A stretch of DNA of 64,000 bases. Source: the human T2T-CHM13v2.0 reference genome, Homo sapiens. Made by a program: the position numbers and the translations under genes. Below the pieces are notes generated by a model. The model was not told where the DNA came from and made no database searches. It saw only the letters and a program-made list of their open reading frames with translations. The stretch lies in assembly GCF_009914755.1 (NCBI RefSeq), contig NC_060942.1; one strand, given 5' to 3'. This document shows, piece by piece, positions 13,401-26,848 of this stretch. Numbering within the stretch: position 1 is the first letter of the stretch; every line of letters starts with the position of its first letter.

Positions 13401-15296
13401 ACTATGAACCTAGAGTCCCATTAATGCTCAAATTCTTTATTTGAACTCAGAAGTATAAATGTTTGCAAAATTATTTGGAGTCTCTTTACTAGAATCTACT
13501 CTGTAGGATACAGTATCTCTATTGTATTAATAAAGCAGCTTTCACTTTTTTACTCTAAAATCCTTGCCCTAGAAACCAAGCACATGGCTCTTGTGAAGCT
13601 GTCAAAATGCCAAGGTGTTTGCCGTGTAATATGCACAGTCACATGATGACTCCCCATCAATTTTTGACACTCCCAATAGTGCTTTTCTAAAGCTCTTCGG
13701 AAACATAAAGAATTAGCTAACAAAATTACTCATTGCTTTTTAAAAAAAGTGTTACATCTCTTACAGAACAAAGCATTTCCATTAGGCCTGCTGCTTCTTC
13801 CATTTGTGAAATCCTCAAGGTGATGCACCATAATTATTGTGGGCAAACAAATTGTCTCACGTAATTATCCCTGATTAAAGGTATTTCTGCTATCACAACT
13901 CTCCTCTGGGTCTCTTGGTCACTACAGTCCAGTGACGACAAATTCCTAATTAGCTTGTAATAATCGTGATGGCTTTTCTTATATCAGTGTGCTGAGTATA
14001 CTGATACTGCAGAGTGTAAAAGGTGAAGACTGAAGTCTGGAAAGACATGGGTTCTCTATCTTTGTCCCTCATCCAATGGCTCCTGGTGAATTTTGTTTTC
14101 CTGGGTAGGTGCTGATATTTTAAGGCCAGGGACAGAGATTGAGTCAGAACAGAACAGAGACCAGAGACAGTCAGTTATCCTCCGTATTGTTTTAAATTAA
14201 TCTTTGAATATTCTACACCCATTTTACCTATTTACCATTGTCCCAATACCTAACTCTGAAGAGTGACTGTTGCCATCACTTTACTAAAACCAGGTGTTTT
14301 ACACTTTTGATTGGATATACCTTAATTTCAATATAATATTTTATAATTATTCTTATCTTTGAATTGACTTACTCATTTTGGATCATGTTTTTCAAAAACC
14401 GGAGACTGCATTTGGGAGAGGGAATTCTACTCTTTTTTTGAGGAAACACAGAGCACCTGGGAGGGTATGTAATTTGCTTACAACTATAAAGTTATTGAGT
14501 GAAAGATAGAATTGGAAAATATATTTTCTATATCCTAGGCTAATACATGTATTTAATTTTTAAAAATTAATATATTCTTTTATCTCAATAACTTTTAGGA
14601 TACAAGCAGTTTTTGGTTACACTGATAAATTATATAGTAGTGAAGTATAAGATTTTTAGTTCACCTATCACCCACAAACACAAGTAGTGTACATTGTACT
14701 CAAGATGGCTAATACATTTTTGATAGTCCATAATGTCTTTGGCCAGCATCCATTGATTTGAACTTCAGGTTTTTAAAGCTTATAGTTTAGAATGGTCCTT
14801 GTTAATCTATGACTAGAAAGTAGTAATATAAACCACTAATGAAATTTAACATTTCTTGCTGGATATATATTCTATTTGTGAACAAAAGCATATCCCATAT
14901 ATAATTCCTTAAAATATATTTTAAAATATTACTATTATGGTAAATTCATTATATCACTACTGCACAAGATGTTTGATTTAGTTATATAATGATTATATAT
15001 ATCTGTCAGAAGCAAGTAAAAAGTCACCTACACTTTGAATCAAGGGAAAGTCAGATGAAAGGAAGAAAACCCTAAATCTTCCCTGATGAAATTTTTGATA
15101 AAATAATGCAATATCTTACTACTTCAGAGTCTTTACAGATCCCAAATCATATAAAAATCACTATTATTGATGGTACTTCCTAAAACATTCTCCAGTTTTA
15201 TAGATCCAGTGAGGCTGAATCCTTTGCAAAATTGTGAAGCAGAAGATTTTGTTTTCAGCATTTCTTCTTTTCAGTCTACTCTTTTTCTCCTTTCAG

Positions 15297-15561
15297 ATTC
15301 CCGACTGCTCCAAATGCTCCTCTAGTTGCCTAAGACTTAGATTAAGATACAGCATCCAGACCTGTCTCACCTCCTTGAAAACAACTCAGCTACAGACACC
15401 CTGAATCCACTTCTGTCTTGTTTAGAAGTAAATTCTTTATGACTTATCTCCTGAGGGATTGTTCTGTTTTCTTAGGAGATGTGGAAGTAACAACGAAATT
15501 CTTCCCAAGCATTAACGACTATAGATTATAGGATAGCTCCACACTTTCCATTTCATCTTAG
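15297..15561 (+). other. Candidate non-coding 5' exon of the OR gene
   Basis: Acceptor ctttttctcctttcag ends at 15296; donor ag|gtaagt at 15561/15562; matching acceptor tctctgtttctctcctattcatgtag ends at 18937. Confidence 0.35.
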
Positions 15562-17095
15562 GTAAGTAAAAGTGTTTTGTCAGCATCCTTCTGAAGACCA
15601 TGCACCAGCATTTGTCTCCAATATAGTCTATAATAGAGAGACTGCTATTTCTCTGATCTGCATTTGGAGTGGGAGGGGGGTCAGGGGAACAGCAATATTG
15701 GCAAGTTTGTGAAAGATACCTATTTGAACTTGTAGAGTTTGGTGGCCCCTGTAAACGATACCTATTTATTTCACTTCATCTATCAGTCATAATGTCTGAG
15801 ATAGAAATATTGAGGCAAGATTCATTTGACAGAATTTAAAATAGGAGGGAACTGAGATTTGCTGAGCACAGCCCTGTATACATGCATTAATCCATCTTCA
15901 AATTTTCAAGAATTTTTTTAAAAAAACGTCTTTACATAAAACATCTACTTATTGGAAACTCATTCTTGTGTGAGTCAGACCACATAATGTAAAATTATGA
16001 GAAAATACTTCTTCTGATCTAAAATAATACATTATTAAGAATGCATACATATACTTAGTCACTACAGTTGGTTAAAGAATTTTCATTTATATAATCTTTT
16101 AAGAAATATTTTTAGTGTCTCTTTGAGGTTAATAGTCTCAAGATTTAATATTTGATGATAATAATCCCTGAATGGCTAAAGGAACTGCTCAGCGTCACAC
16201 AGTTACCCAATGATACAACATAGAACATTTTAAAATAATAGCTTTGTTTTCACTACAGTACAGCGATTTTATTGGGAACAAAAATACAGTCCATTTTATC
16301 TAATAGGGAATGTACTAGGGGTAAAGGGAAGTGAATTCGTCAGCTTGTCTAAATAAGGAAAGGGTTATTAATATTAGCAAATAATTTTTAGGGAGACAAG
16401 TTATAAACCTAACTGCCTCATCACCAGTGCACAGCACAGTGCCTGGGGAAAAGCAGGCATTTAAATTTATATAAAGTAAATGAACCAAAAAAGAATGGAT
16501 TTAGGTAAGAAACAGGTTCAGAGTTCATGTGTTCCACCACTTTCATCTTATATACTAAGAAAGTTCTTGATTGAATCAATTTGCCCAATGTTTTCTCCAT
16601 GAAAAACAGGGTCTTTTCTTTTTCTGAGCACCTGAAGAAGCCAATGAAAATGGAACAATAGAGCTCTGCAGAAGAGTCAGAAAAGCTATCGGGAGGATGA
16701 TTCTTATGACTGTCGTTCACACAGTTGGATTATGTGTCTTAGCCTAAAGACACCAGGAAGTTTCTGTGCTCAGAAATGCCTCCTGATGCCCCTCTCTGCT
16801 GCAGCACCCGGAGGGTCTCCATAGGACACTCATTCCTTGTGCTTATGGCTTTTCTCTTTCTGATGGAGTACCTATGAACTCCTATTCGCTGATTTTGTTA
16901 GATTTTACTTCTATTCATGCCTTAGGGATTCAATGCAGTATTTACGTCACAGGATTGAAGGGTCAGGACTTCTGGGAAGTGAGAAGAAAGAGAGATTTGT
17001 ATAATTTTTTTCGGTAGCCTGCTTTACCTTCAAGCTCCACTTGTTAAACTCTTCTAACAAGCCTAGAGCCATAGTTTTGATATAATCTGTGATAA

Positions 17096-17430
17096 TACAA
17101 GAGTTCTCCCTTATCCATGGTTTTGTTTTCAGCAGTTTCAGTTACCTCAGGTCAACTGTGGTCCAAAAATATTAACCTATTTTGAGAGCGAGAGAGAGGA
17201 AAAAAAAGAAACACATTCACATAAATGCTATTTCAGTATCTTGTTATACTTTTTTATTTTATTGTTAGTTATTACTGTTCATCTCTCACTGTGCCCAATT
17301 TATAAATTAAACTTTATCTTAGGTATGCATGTATAGGAAAAATATAGCTTATATAGGAATCAGTACTATCAGTGGTTTCAAGCATCCACTGGAGGTCTTG
17401 GAACACATCATTTGCAAATAAGGGAGAAAA
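17096..17430 (+). mobile_element. MER44 (Tigger7 derivative)
   Basis: cccttatccatggttttg ... ggtcaactgtggtccaaaaatattaa ... gcatccactggaggtcttggaacacatc ... aataaggg; inverted termini. Confidence 0.8.
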
Positions 17431-18964
17431 TTTGTATTTTTTTGGGAGAATTGGAGATTTGAAATACAGAGGTGAGTCTAAATTTGGTTTCTGGGAGTTA
17501 AAATTATTTATCACACGTTCTGTTCTTATAAATAAACCCTCCAGTCTAACCCAAAGAGAGACTTAGCAATTTGCAGCTATGATCTAAGAAGACATTAATA
17601 TCAAAAATTGCAAGTGGTTAGAAATGAGTAAAATAAAAGACATCCTCTCCCAAGACCTGGTTAAGATGTAGAGAAAGATTCTTCAAAATCAGATAATGTA
17701 ATGCTCCTTTAAAATTCACATTTTATTTTTTCTTATTTACCATAAAACTTTTCTAAGTTCTAAATAGTTTCTACAAATAAAAATAACATAAAAGGAAGAA
17801 AGTTCTGATAACATAGAATATAGACTAACTGAGTAGAAAAGAAAAATCTTTTTTTTCTGGTCTGATTTCCTTAGTAATAAGTAATATAACTTATTAGTTA
17901 TATTAGTATTTATAGTAAGCAATATAACTTATAAGTTTTTAAGTCACGTCACATCAAATGAAATATCAATCATAGCTCAATAAACTGTCTATGGTTAGTA
18001 ACACCAATGGCTAAGTTTAAAGACGCTTCATACCTTCAGGGATTAATTGAAAGGAACCAGTGTGCTAGATTTCATGATAAAGTAGAACTCCATGAAAAGC
18101 TGAATCATAAAAGAGTTCCAATAATATTGGGGCCTTTCAGTTTTGCCAGGGTTCTGTACTTTAGTTTACATAATGTTTAACTATAGAGAAGAAATAAGAT
18201 ATAATCACTTAAGGCAATGATTTCTCCTGTGAGCTCTCTTACACAAATCTAATGCTGTCTCTCTTTCTATTTTAATTTTCATAATTATGCAACTTATGTA
18301 TAGAAAAGAGAAAAAAGCAAAAGTTCATATTTCAGTAAGTTTTCATAAAGTAGACACTCCCATGTAACTATCAACCACATCAAGAAAGAATATTACCAGC
18401 ACTTCAGAAACCCCTCCCATGACCACTTCCTGTCCCTTAAGGATAACTGCTATGAGGTTTTTCTACACCTTAGTTTTGCCATTTTTGAACTTCATTTAAA
18501 TAGACCAATACAGTGTATACTCTTTTGTGTCTAACTTTTTTAGTCATCAAGTTTGTGAAATTATCTTCCTCTGTGGCAGATGTTCAAAAAATTTTTACTA
18601 TCATTTACTTTAGAAAAATTGGTTTAGATTTTGTCTCTGTAGACTTTTAGACTGGATTTCTGTAGTGTCACAAAAATGCTCAAATTCATTTTTAAATTGT
18701 CGATTTTATTTCTTAAATTAATGTATTTAGATATCCCAGTTGGTTGAACATCTCCTTGACAACTCTCCCCTTTAACCCAATCTTCCACACTTAGCTGTAT
18801 AACTTGTAATAACTCATGAAAACCCAGACACATACATAGGAATAGGAATTGGAATTCTGAAAAGTTTAAGTGTAATTGGAAAACCAAACCCATGCTCACT
18901 TCATTAACTGATCTCTGTTTCTCTCCTATTCATGTAGCTGAAATTAAGTCCCTTCCAAAATTCA

Positions 18965-19939
18965 ATGAATGAGACAAATCATTCTTGGGTGACAGAATTT
19001 GTGTTGCTGGGACTGTCTAGTTCAAGGGAGCTCCAACCTTTCTTGTTTCTTATATTTTCACTACTTTATCTAGCAATTCTGTTGGGCAACTTTCTCATCA
19101 TCCTCACTGTGACCTCAGATTCCCGCCTTCACACCCCCATGTACTTTCTGCTTGCAAACCTGTCATTTATAGACGTATGTGTTGCCTCTTCTGCTACCCC
19201 TAAAATGATGGCAGACTTTCTGGTTGAGCACAAGACTATTTCTTTTGATGCCCACCTGGCCCAGATTTTCTTTGTTCATCTCCTCACTGGCAGTGAAATG
19301 GTGCTCCTAGTTTCCATGGCCTATGACCGTTATGTTGCTATATGCAAACCTCCCCACTACATGACAATCATGAGCTGCTGTGTATGTGTTGTGCTCGTCC
19401 TCATTTCCTGGTTTGTGGGCTTCATCCATACCACCAGCCAGTTGGCATTCACGTTAATCTGCCATTTTGTGGTCCTAATAAGGTAGATAGTTTTTTTCTG
19501 TGACCTTCCTCTAGCGACGAAGTTAGCCTGCATAGACACTTATGTTGTCAGCCTACTAATAGTTGCAGATGGTGGCTTTCTTTCTCTGAGTTCCTTTCTC
19601 CTCTTGGTTGTCTCCTACACTGTAATACTTGTTACAGTTAGGAATCGCTCCTCTGTAAGCATGGTGAAGGCCCACTCCACATTGACTGCTCACATCACTG
19701 TGGTCACTTTATTCTTTGGATCGTGTATTTTCATCTATGTGTGGCCCTTCAGCAGTTACTCAGTTGACAAAGTCCTTGCTGTATTCTACACCATCTTCAC
19801 GTCTATTTTAAACCCTGTAATCTACATGCTAAGAAACAAAGAAGTGAAGGCAGCTATGTCAAAACTGAAGAGTCGGTATCAGAAGCTTGGTCAGGTTTCT
19901 GTAGTCATAAGAAACGTTCTTTTCCTAGAAACAAAGTAA
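18965..19939 (+). pseudogene. OR4K: Olfactory receptor family 4K pseudogene, close paralog of OR4K15
   Basis: OR motifs LHTPMYFLL, MAYDRYVAICKP, STLTAHITVV, LNPVIY.LRNKEVK; C-terminus VIRNVLFLETK as in OR4K15; -1 frameshift at about 19453, stop at 19484-19486, +1 indel in the T run at 19491-19497; conserved Cys before TM3 replaced (FDAH). Confidence 0.95.
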
Positions 19940-22109
19940 ACTTATGAGACTGTTACCACTTTAGCCCTGTCTCCATACACTTACAAGTGGATTCACTGTA
20001 ATCTTAAAGCAAATCAACTTGGCCTGTGGGAAAGGTCAGTTGATTGATTCGAAGCAAACTGTAATGATAATAAAAACTCATGAAATAAACTTTAGTGATT
20101 TTAAGTATTCTTTCTCCATTGTATATCTTTTAAATTTCCTACTTTGTATTCTTTATTTTAAAACTTAAGATATAGACTTTGATGACATTGAGAAAATGAC
20201 ATTGCCTTATAAATAACTGGTTACTATACTATTATCTCTCCCTTTGAAAACAGTACCACTCACACCAACTTTGGAGTAATGATAGGTGCATATCTCCAAG
20301 CCACAGAGATAACAGATCTATTTATAAGTATATGATACGTGATATACAGTATGTGATAGATCTAGATACGAATGCATTTTATACCGCACTATATATCTGA
20401 CAGCACATGAAGACACGTCTATGAATGGTGTGAAAGATACAGTAAAATGTAAAAGGGCATGACTAACCAGCAGAAGGCATTTACTTTCAACACTTTCACA
20501 AACCCTTCGTCACAGTGGCTGCTTAATATATGTTGTTCATGAAAAACAACCACCTGAACAAATTATTTACTGGTGTGTTATGTATTGGCCTATGTTAACT
20601 TCTGTTTAATACTGATAAAATAATCTGGGGAACCAGAGATGAGTTATAATTCTCTACCACCTATCTTCATGATAGTAGGAGTCTGAATCTTAGTATAAAA
20701 TATTTTCCCCCTAGATTTTTATGATCTTATCTTCTTAGAGTATTTTTATATTAGTACTTGGTAGATATTATAATTTTTTCTATGTGGACTTTTTAATTCA
20801 GTTGACGTTTCATTTTTAAATTGCCCAAGTAAGCTCTGAAAATGACAGAACCCTATTTCAAGACCTTAGATTTCATCATAAATTTACCCCTCCTTGATCA
20901 CTTACAAGACCAAGACTTTTGGGGATTCACCACTACAGGCTATTTTAGGCTTTTCCTCTTTTATAGCATTCAAGGCTATTTCTATATTTTTTTACTGGGT
21001 TCTAGTCACAGTCTGGTATAATGTTAACCAATTGTTTTCCAGACTCAGTCTTTAGAGTCTCCTAAAGGGATTCAATAATTCCTATTAGTGAAGGGAAAAA
21101 CATGTTTCTGAGCCAAAGCATTCCGAGTTATTTAAGAAATAACAAAATGAAAAGAAAACAAATGTGCATTAGCATTTAAGAAAAAAATTAAATACAAAAA
21201 AGTATAAGAAAAAAAGTAAGTATAAAAACGTAGTAAAACTTTTTACAATAATACAACACTTCCAAAATTTTACAATATTTTTGCATATTCTAATTTTATG
21301 CATAAAACAAATGATATCTTGTGGTACTAGTACTAATTACAACTGAGTTGACATTGAACAACAAGAAATGTAGTAATAGTTTTACATCTTTTTAAGCTTT
21401 AAAATATCTCTAGGATATATTCATTCCTTTCATTTTACATCTGATAAAAATAAGATAAAGAAGCATTAAGAATACGGTGCAATATTATAAAGCTAGAAAA
21501 TAGCAGAATGGATTTCCTACGCAGGTTTTGTGGTGTTTTGTTTTTTTGGTTTCTTTGACCCAGATGGCACACTTTTTAAATGTATTACTGCTTATAGTAG
21601 TACATTTACTGTGTATTATAGTTGGAGTACAGTGTGCCTTGTCCAGAAAATATGATTCTCTGGTTATCCTCTCACACACTTTTTCCTATTCCTAGTATGC
21701 AAAAATGTCTCCGAATATTATGTTTTTCACTAAAGAGGGTACCCAAGTTCCTTGCAAAGTTACTCAAATAACAAGAGCTCAGGCTGACTGGTACAGTTTT
21801 TCTGTAAACTGGACATTAAAATAAAAGCACGACGGGTTTTTCTTAAAGCACTAACCTGTTCTTTAACAAAAATTATAAAGGCTTAAAGAGAGTCTATAAA
21901 AATCTTACCTTATGGTCAGACATTAAAATTGGATAAATATGCCTACAAGGTTTTATTAAAATTGAGTTTAACATTAATGGCACACTAATATAAAGGTGAA
22001 ATTTAGCTTATCTGGTATAAAATCATACAGGAAGCATTGTCAAATATAAAATGGTGTTTGGCTTTCTTTGGTCTAAAAACTAATAAAAATAGGTGCTAAA
22101 GAGAATTTA

Positions 22110-23095
22110 GAAGGAAAATGGATATTGCTAGACCAGAGAGAAATGTTATCCAAGCCCCTTATAAGGGAGTTCTTGTTCCAACTGCATCAAGGGACCGATT
22201 GTGGGTCCCAAGCCATGTGTGATGCAGTCCTCAGAGTTTATGGGTGCATAGGAATTTATACCCTGGCCAAACAGGTTACAGACAGTTGCTTAGTAAAAGA
22301 TTACCCTTTGGGCGAAGGAGTCCAGGCTTAAGGCCATTCCAAAGTATCCAGATTGATTACACACAGATGCCTCCAATTGGTCGTCTGAAATATTTATTAG
22401 TAATAGTAGATCACCTTACTCATTGGGTAGAAGCTATTCCCTTTTCAAGTACAACTGCTAATAATGTAGTCAAGGCATTAGTTGAAAATATTATACCCAG
22501 GTTTAGATTAATAGAAAACATTAATTCAGATAACAGGACTCATTTCACGGCACATGTCATTAAGAAATTATCCCAGGTACTGGATGTAACATGGGATTAT
22601 CATACTCCCTGGCACTCATCTTCATTAGGGAAAGTAGAAAGGCCTATTACCCTGTTAAGAGTCTGAACTGCTCCCCCAAAAGACACAGGCCTATCCCCTT
22701 AAGAGATGCTTTATGGATCACCTTATCTACATTCTACTACTGATCTTCCTACATTTGAAACAAAAGATCAGTTTCTCAGAAATTATATACTTGGTTTATC
22801 TTCCATTTTATCTTCCCTCAGAACTAAAGGTCTTTTAGCACAGGTGCCACCTCTGAGTTTCCAGTACACCAACATCAGCCTGGGGACCACGTCCCCATCA
22901 AAATTTGGAGAGAAGGAAAAGCTGGAACTGGCCTGGGAAGGACCTTACCTAATGCTCCTAACTACTGAAACTGCAGTCCGAATAGCAGAAAAAGGATGGA
23001 CCCGTTACACCTGAGTCAAGAAAGCGCCACCCCCTCCAGAGTCATGGGCCATAGTCCCAGGGGAAAACCCTACCAAACTAAAGCTAAGAAAAATT
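22110..23095 (+). pseudogene. pol: Disrupted retroviral integrase (3' end of pol)
   Basis: PFQSIQIDYTQMP ... LLVIVDHLTHWVEA ... SDN ... GKVER core and WEGPYLMLLTTETAV (GPY/F) motif; frameshifts, stops and internal deletions. Confidence 0.9.
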
Positions 23096-25036
23096 TAACT
23101 TCCTTTCATCTATTCTGTTACTCCTTCTTCTTTCCTCACTCTATTGCTGACCACCTAGTTATTAATGTAACCAAGTCAATTTCACCTCAAACTATTAAAT
23201 TTGATGCTTGCCTTGTTACATCCTATGGAGACTTTTTAAGTCAAAGACAGCTCTCCACTTCAGAAAAGTACCTCTGTCCTTCCCGGCTCTTCTCAGACTG
23301 GACATTATTGAATTGGGATCATTTAGTCTGGGAAGATTTCAATGAGGACCCCGGCATCAGCTGGGAGTCTTGCCCCCCATAGAGCTTTTATGCTGCAGTT
23401 GGTCCAACGTTCTGTGGACCACTAAAGAGCAAGGATGGACTGCCTCAACCAGTAGTTGTAATTTCCTAAAGCCATACATTCATTTTACTAAAGGAACAGC
23501 TTCACCTAGCTGTCAGCTAAACCAGTGCAATCCAATACAGGTTATTACCCCAAACCCTCAAAGATCTTCCCCTTCTCTAAGCTGGTTCCCTTCTTTAAGC
23601 TGGTTTTTATGGTATGGGGGATGAGGTTTCAGGAACAGACCCTATCAGATACTTTGAAATATGTTTCATTGATCCCCCACCACCTACACCTTCCCCTAAG
23701 CCTTCTTCCAAAACCTCTCACAATGAAATAGTTGTTACTCCTCCATCTAATGATAGGACCAAAGTAGACGCCGTAGAAGTAAATGATTTAAAACAAACTT
23801 TAGCAATAGAGACAGGATATCAAGATGCAAATGCCTGGTTGGAATGGATCAAATATTCCGTCTGCAGGTGAAACAAAAGCAATTGTTATGCTTGAGTGCA
23901 TGGCAGGCCAGAGGCCCAGATTGACCCCTTTCCACTAGGGTGGTCCTCCAGTCGACCAGGCATGGGCTGCATGGTAGCTCTTTTCCAGGATTACACAGCC
24001 TGGGGTAACAAGTCATGTCAAGTTCTCTCTCTGCTATATCCCGAAGTTCAACACTCTGCAGGTGAGCCCCTGAAGGCCATCCAGCTTCCATCTCCCCACA
24101 TTAATTTCACTTCTTGTCTCTCATGACAGGGAGGAAACTTGGTGTTTCTTGGAGACCTGAAAGGATGCAATGAGCTTAAGACTTTCCAAGAGCTTACCAA
24201 TCAGTCAGCCCTTGTTCATCCCTGAGCAGATGTATGGTGGTATTGTGGTGGACCTTTACTGGACTCTCTGCCAAGTAACTGGAGTGGCACTTGTACTCTA
24301 GTCCAGTAGGCTATCCCTTTCACCCTGGCATTTCACCAACCAGAGAGAGGAAAAATACAACATCATAAAACAAGGGAAGCCCTTTATGTGTCTTCTGACT
24401 CTCGCATTTATTTAGATGTAATTGGGGTCCCATGAGGAGTACCAGATAAATTTAAAGCCAGAGATCAAATAGCTGCAGGATTTGAGTCAATATTTTGGTG
24501 GGTGACAATGAATAAAAACATAGATTGGATAAATTACATTTATTACAACCAACAGCGGTTTATTAACTACACTAAAGATGCTGTTAAAGGAATAGCTGAG
24601 CAATTGGGGCCTACTAGCCAGATGGCTTGGGAAAATGGAATAGCCTTAGACATAATATTAGCAGAAAGAGGAGGAGTCTGCATCATGATTAAAACTCAAT
24701 GTTGTACCTTCATCGCAAACAACACCGCCCCCTGATGGAAGTACAACGAAGGCATTGCAAGGTCTAACTGCCCTGTCCAATGAGTTAGCCAAAAACTCAA
24801 GAGTGAATGACCCCTTCACAGGGTGGCTAGAAAAACGGCTCATTAAATGGAAAGGAATCATAGCCTCAATTCTTACTTCTCTTGCAGCTGTAGTAGGTGT
24901 ACTCATTCTTGTCCAGTGTTGTGTCATACCATGCATCTATAGACTAGTGCAAAGACTTATAGATGCAGCATTTACTAAAACCTCCCTTAGCTCTCCTTCA
25001 CCTTATTCAGATCAGCTTTTTCTTTTAGAGGATTAA
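23044..25036 (+). pseudogene. env: Disrupted gamma-type env (SU + TM)
   Basis: ISD-like WENGIALDIILAERGGVC, CX6CC (CIMIKTQCC), TM helix IIASILTSLAAVVGVLILV, PSPY tail; multiple stops and frameshifts. Confidence 0.9.
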
Positions 25037-25110
25037 GTTGAGCAGCAAAGCCAAGATATGTTAAAAAAAGTTTGAAGAGGAAATACTATGAAAATTGAAA
25101 GGGAGAAAAT

Positions 25111-25704
25111 TGTAGGATATCATAAATTCCTCCTCAAAAGTTTTAGCCTGTAAATTGTTAAATACTATGAGTTCTGAGATCCTCTCCAAAGAACCAATGT
25201 ATCAGTATGTTCGGCTCCCCGTTCTTTGCTCTTCATTTTAGAGTTGAATTTCCTTGTTCTTTATGTCTCCTTGCCCCTAGTTTCAGTAAACAACCTCCTC
25301 CTACCCTCTGTCACCTGCTCTGATCTTAGTCACCCTTGTTCACCTGCTCTGATCTTGGTCATCCTTGGTCACCTGCTCTGTTCTTAGTCATCCTGAGTCA
25401 CCTTTTCTGTAACTGTCCTTCCCACCAAACTACTCATCCTGCCACTCTGGCTCATACCTCTGTTCTCTTTAAAATAGCCAATCTGAATTAGCTTAGATGT
25501 GCGGTCTGACCCTAGCCAATAGGGGAATGACGCAGCAGTAGGGGTGGTGAGGGATAAGAACCCCTTCCCCTCCCTTGTTCGGGTGTGCTCTCACCGTTGC
25601 TCCATCCATGAGACACACGCTTCTATAGAAGTAAAATTGCCTTGCTGAGAAAATTCATGTTCGAGTGCTATTTCTTTTGCGGCACCAAAAATTTATTTCC
25701 AACA
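25111..25704 (+). mobile_element. 3' LTR, LTR10 family (LTR10A-like)
   Basis: TGT...ACA termini directly after the PPT; gagttctgagatcctctccaaagaaccaatgtatcagtatgttc; two agccaat boxes; AGTAAA signal at about 25630. Confidence 0.85.
25312..25400 (+). repeat. Three 29-bp units inside LTR10 with AP-1-like and E-box motifs
   Basis: cacctgctctg at 25312, 25341 and 25370; TGAGTCA at 25394-25400; TTAGTCA at 25326 and 25384. Confidence 0.85.
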
Positions 25705-25781
25705 CTCTCTTCTAGCTATTTTGTAATATACAGGCTACCATGCATATGTGAATAGAATAGGAGATAATTGATCATATAGAG

Positions 25782-25996
25782 CAGAGATTGGCAAATTTCT
25801 TCTGTAACAGGCCAGATATTAAATATTTAGACTTTATGAGGTGCATATAGTCTCTGTTGCATATTGTTCCTTACTGTTGCATTTTTTTCTTCTTTACATC
25901 CCTTCAAAAATATAAAAACACTTCTTAGCTTGTGGGCCATACATAAACAGACTATGAGTGAGATTTGGCCCATGGAGCCATAATTTGCCAACCCTG
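25782..25996. mobile_element. MER58 (hAT-Charlie)
   Basis: Termini cagagattggcaaat ... aatttgccaaccctg; ggccagatattaaatattttagacttt. Confidence 0.75.
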
Positions 25997-26304
25997 GCTA
26001 CAGATAATCAATTATAGTAGGGGACACAGAAAGCAAGTAAACAAGCAAACAAACAATAAGTAAGTGCTAAACTAACAAGAAAACATCACTACCTATAACA
26101 TATAAATCACTCCCAAGGGATCCCTTGTAATACTATGGAGATCCTGTCCACTCTCCTCCCCCCAGAGAACCACTGGCCTACTTTTTGTCTCTTTAGATTA
26201 GTTTGAATTTTGTAGAGTTTTAGAAAATTGAAGTCATACACTAAGAACTAATTTTTTAATCTGTTTTTCACTCTGTCTAATCATTTTTTCAATTCATACA
26301 TGGT

Positions 26305-26848
26305 CATTACAGGAAAGGTGTCTGGATCCAGACTCCAAGAGAGGGTTCTTGGATCTCATGCAAGAGAGAATTCAGAGTGAGTACACAGAGTAAAGAGAAA
26401 GCAAGTTTATTAATAAAGTAGAGGAATAAAAGAATGGCTACTCCATAGACAGAGTCGTCCCTATGGATGCTGGTTGCCCATTTTTTATGGTTATTTCTTG
26501 AGTATATGCTAAACAAGGAGTGGATTATTCATGCCTCCCCTTTTTAGACCATATAAGGTAACCTCCTGATGTTGCCATGGCATTTGTAAAGTGTCATGGC
26601 GCTAGCAGAAGTGTAGTAGTGAGGACAACCAGAGGTCACTCTTGTCACCATCTTGATTTTAGTGGGTTTTGGCTGACTTCTTTGCTGCAACCTGTTTCAT
26701 CAGGGACTTGTATCTTGTGCCGACTTCCTATCTCACCCTGTGACTTAGAATGCCTTAACCTTCTAGAAATGCAGTCCAGTAGATCTCAGCCTTATTTTAC
26801 CTAGCTCCTGTTTAAGATGGAGTTGCTCTGGTTCAAACACCTCTGACA
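26305..26848 (-). mobile_element. MER41A LTR (3' LTR)
   Basis: Minus strand starts tgtcagaggtgtttgaaccagagcaactccatctt; lacks the TTCCNGGAA-bearing segment of MER41B. Confidence 0.88.

Larger units (their letters stand above)
21795..25704 (+). mobile_element. HERV-I (HERVIP10-type) provirus, 5'-truncated
   Basis: AT-rich internal segment, integrase, env, polypurine tract gaaagggagaaaat at 25097-25110 and 3' LTR; no 5' LTR, gag or RT visible. Confidence 0.88.

Noticed and set aside
23044-25036. Co-opted (syncytin-like) env
   Set aside because: Multiple stops and frameshifts; no ORF covers SU-TM
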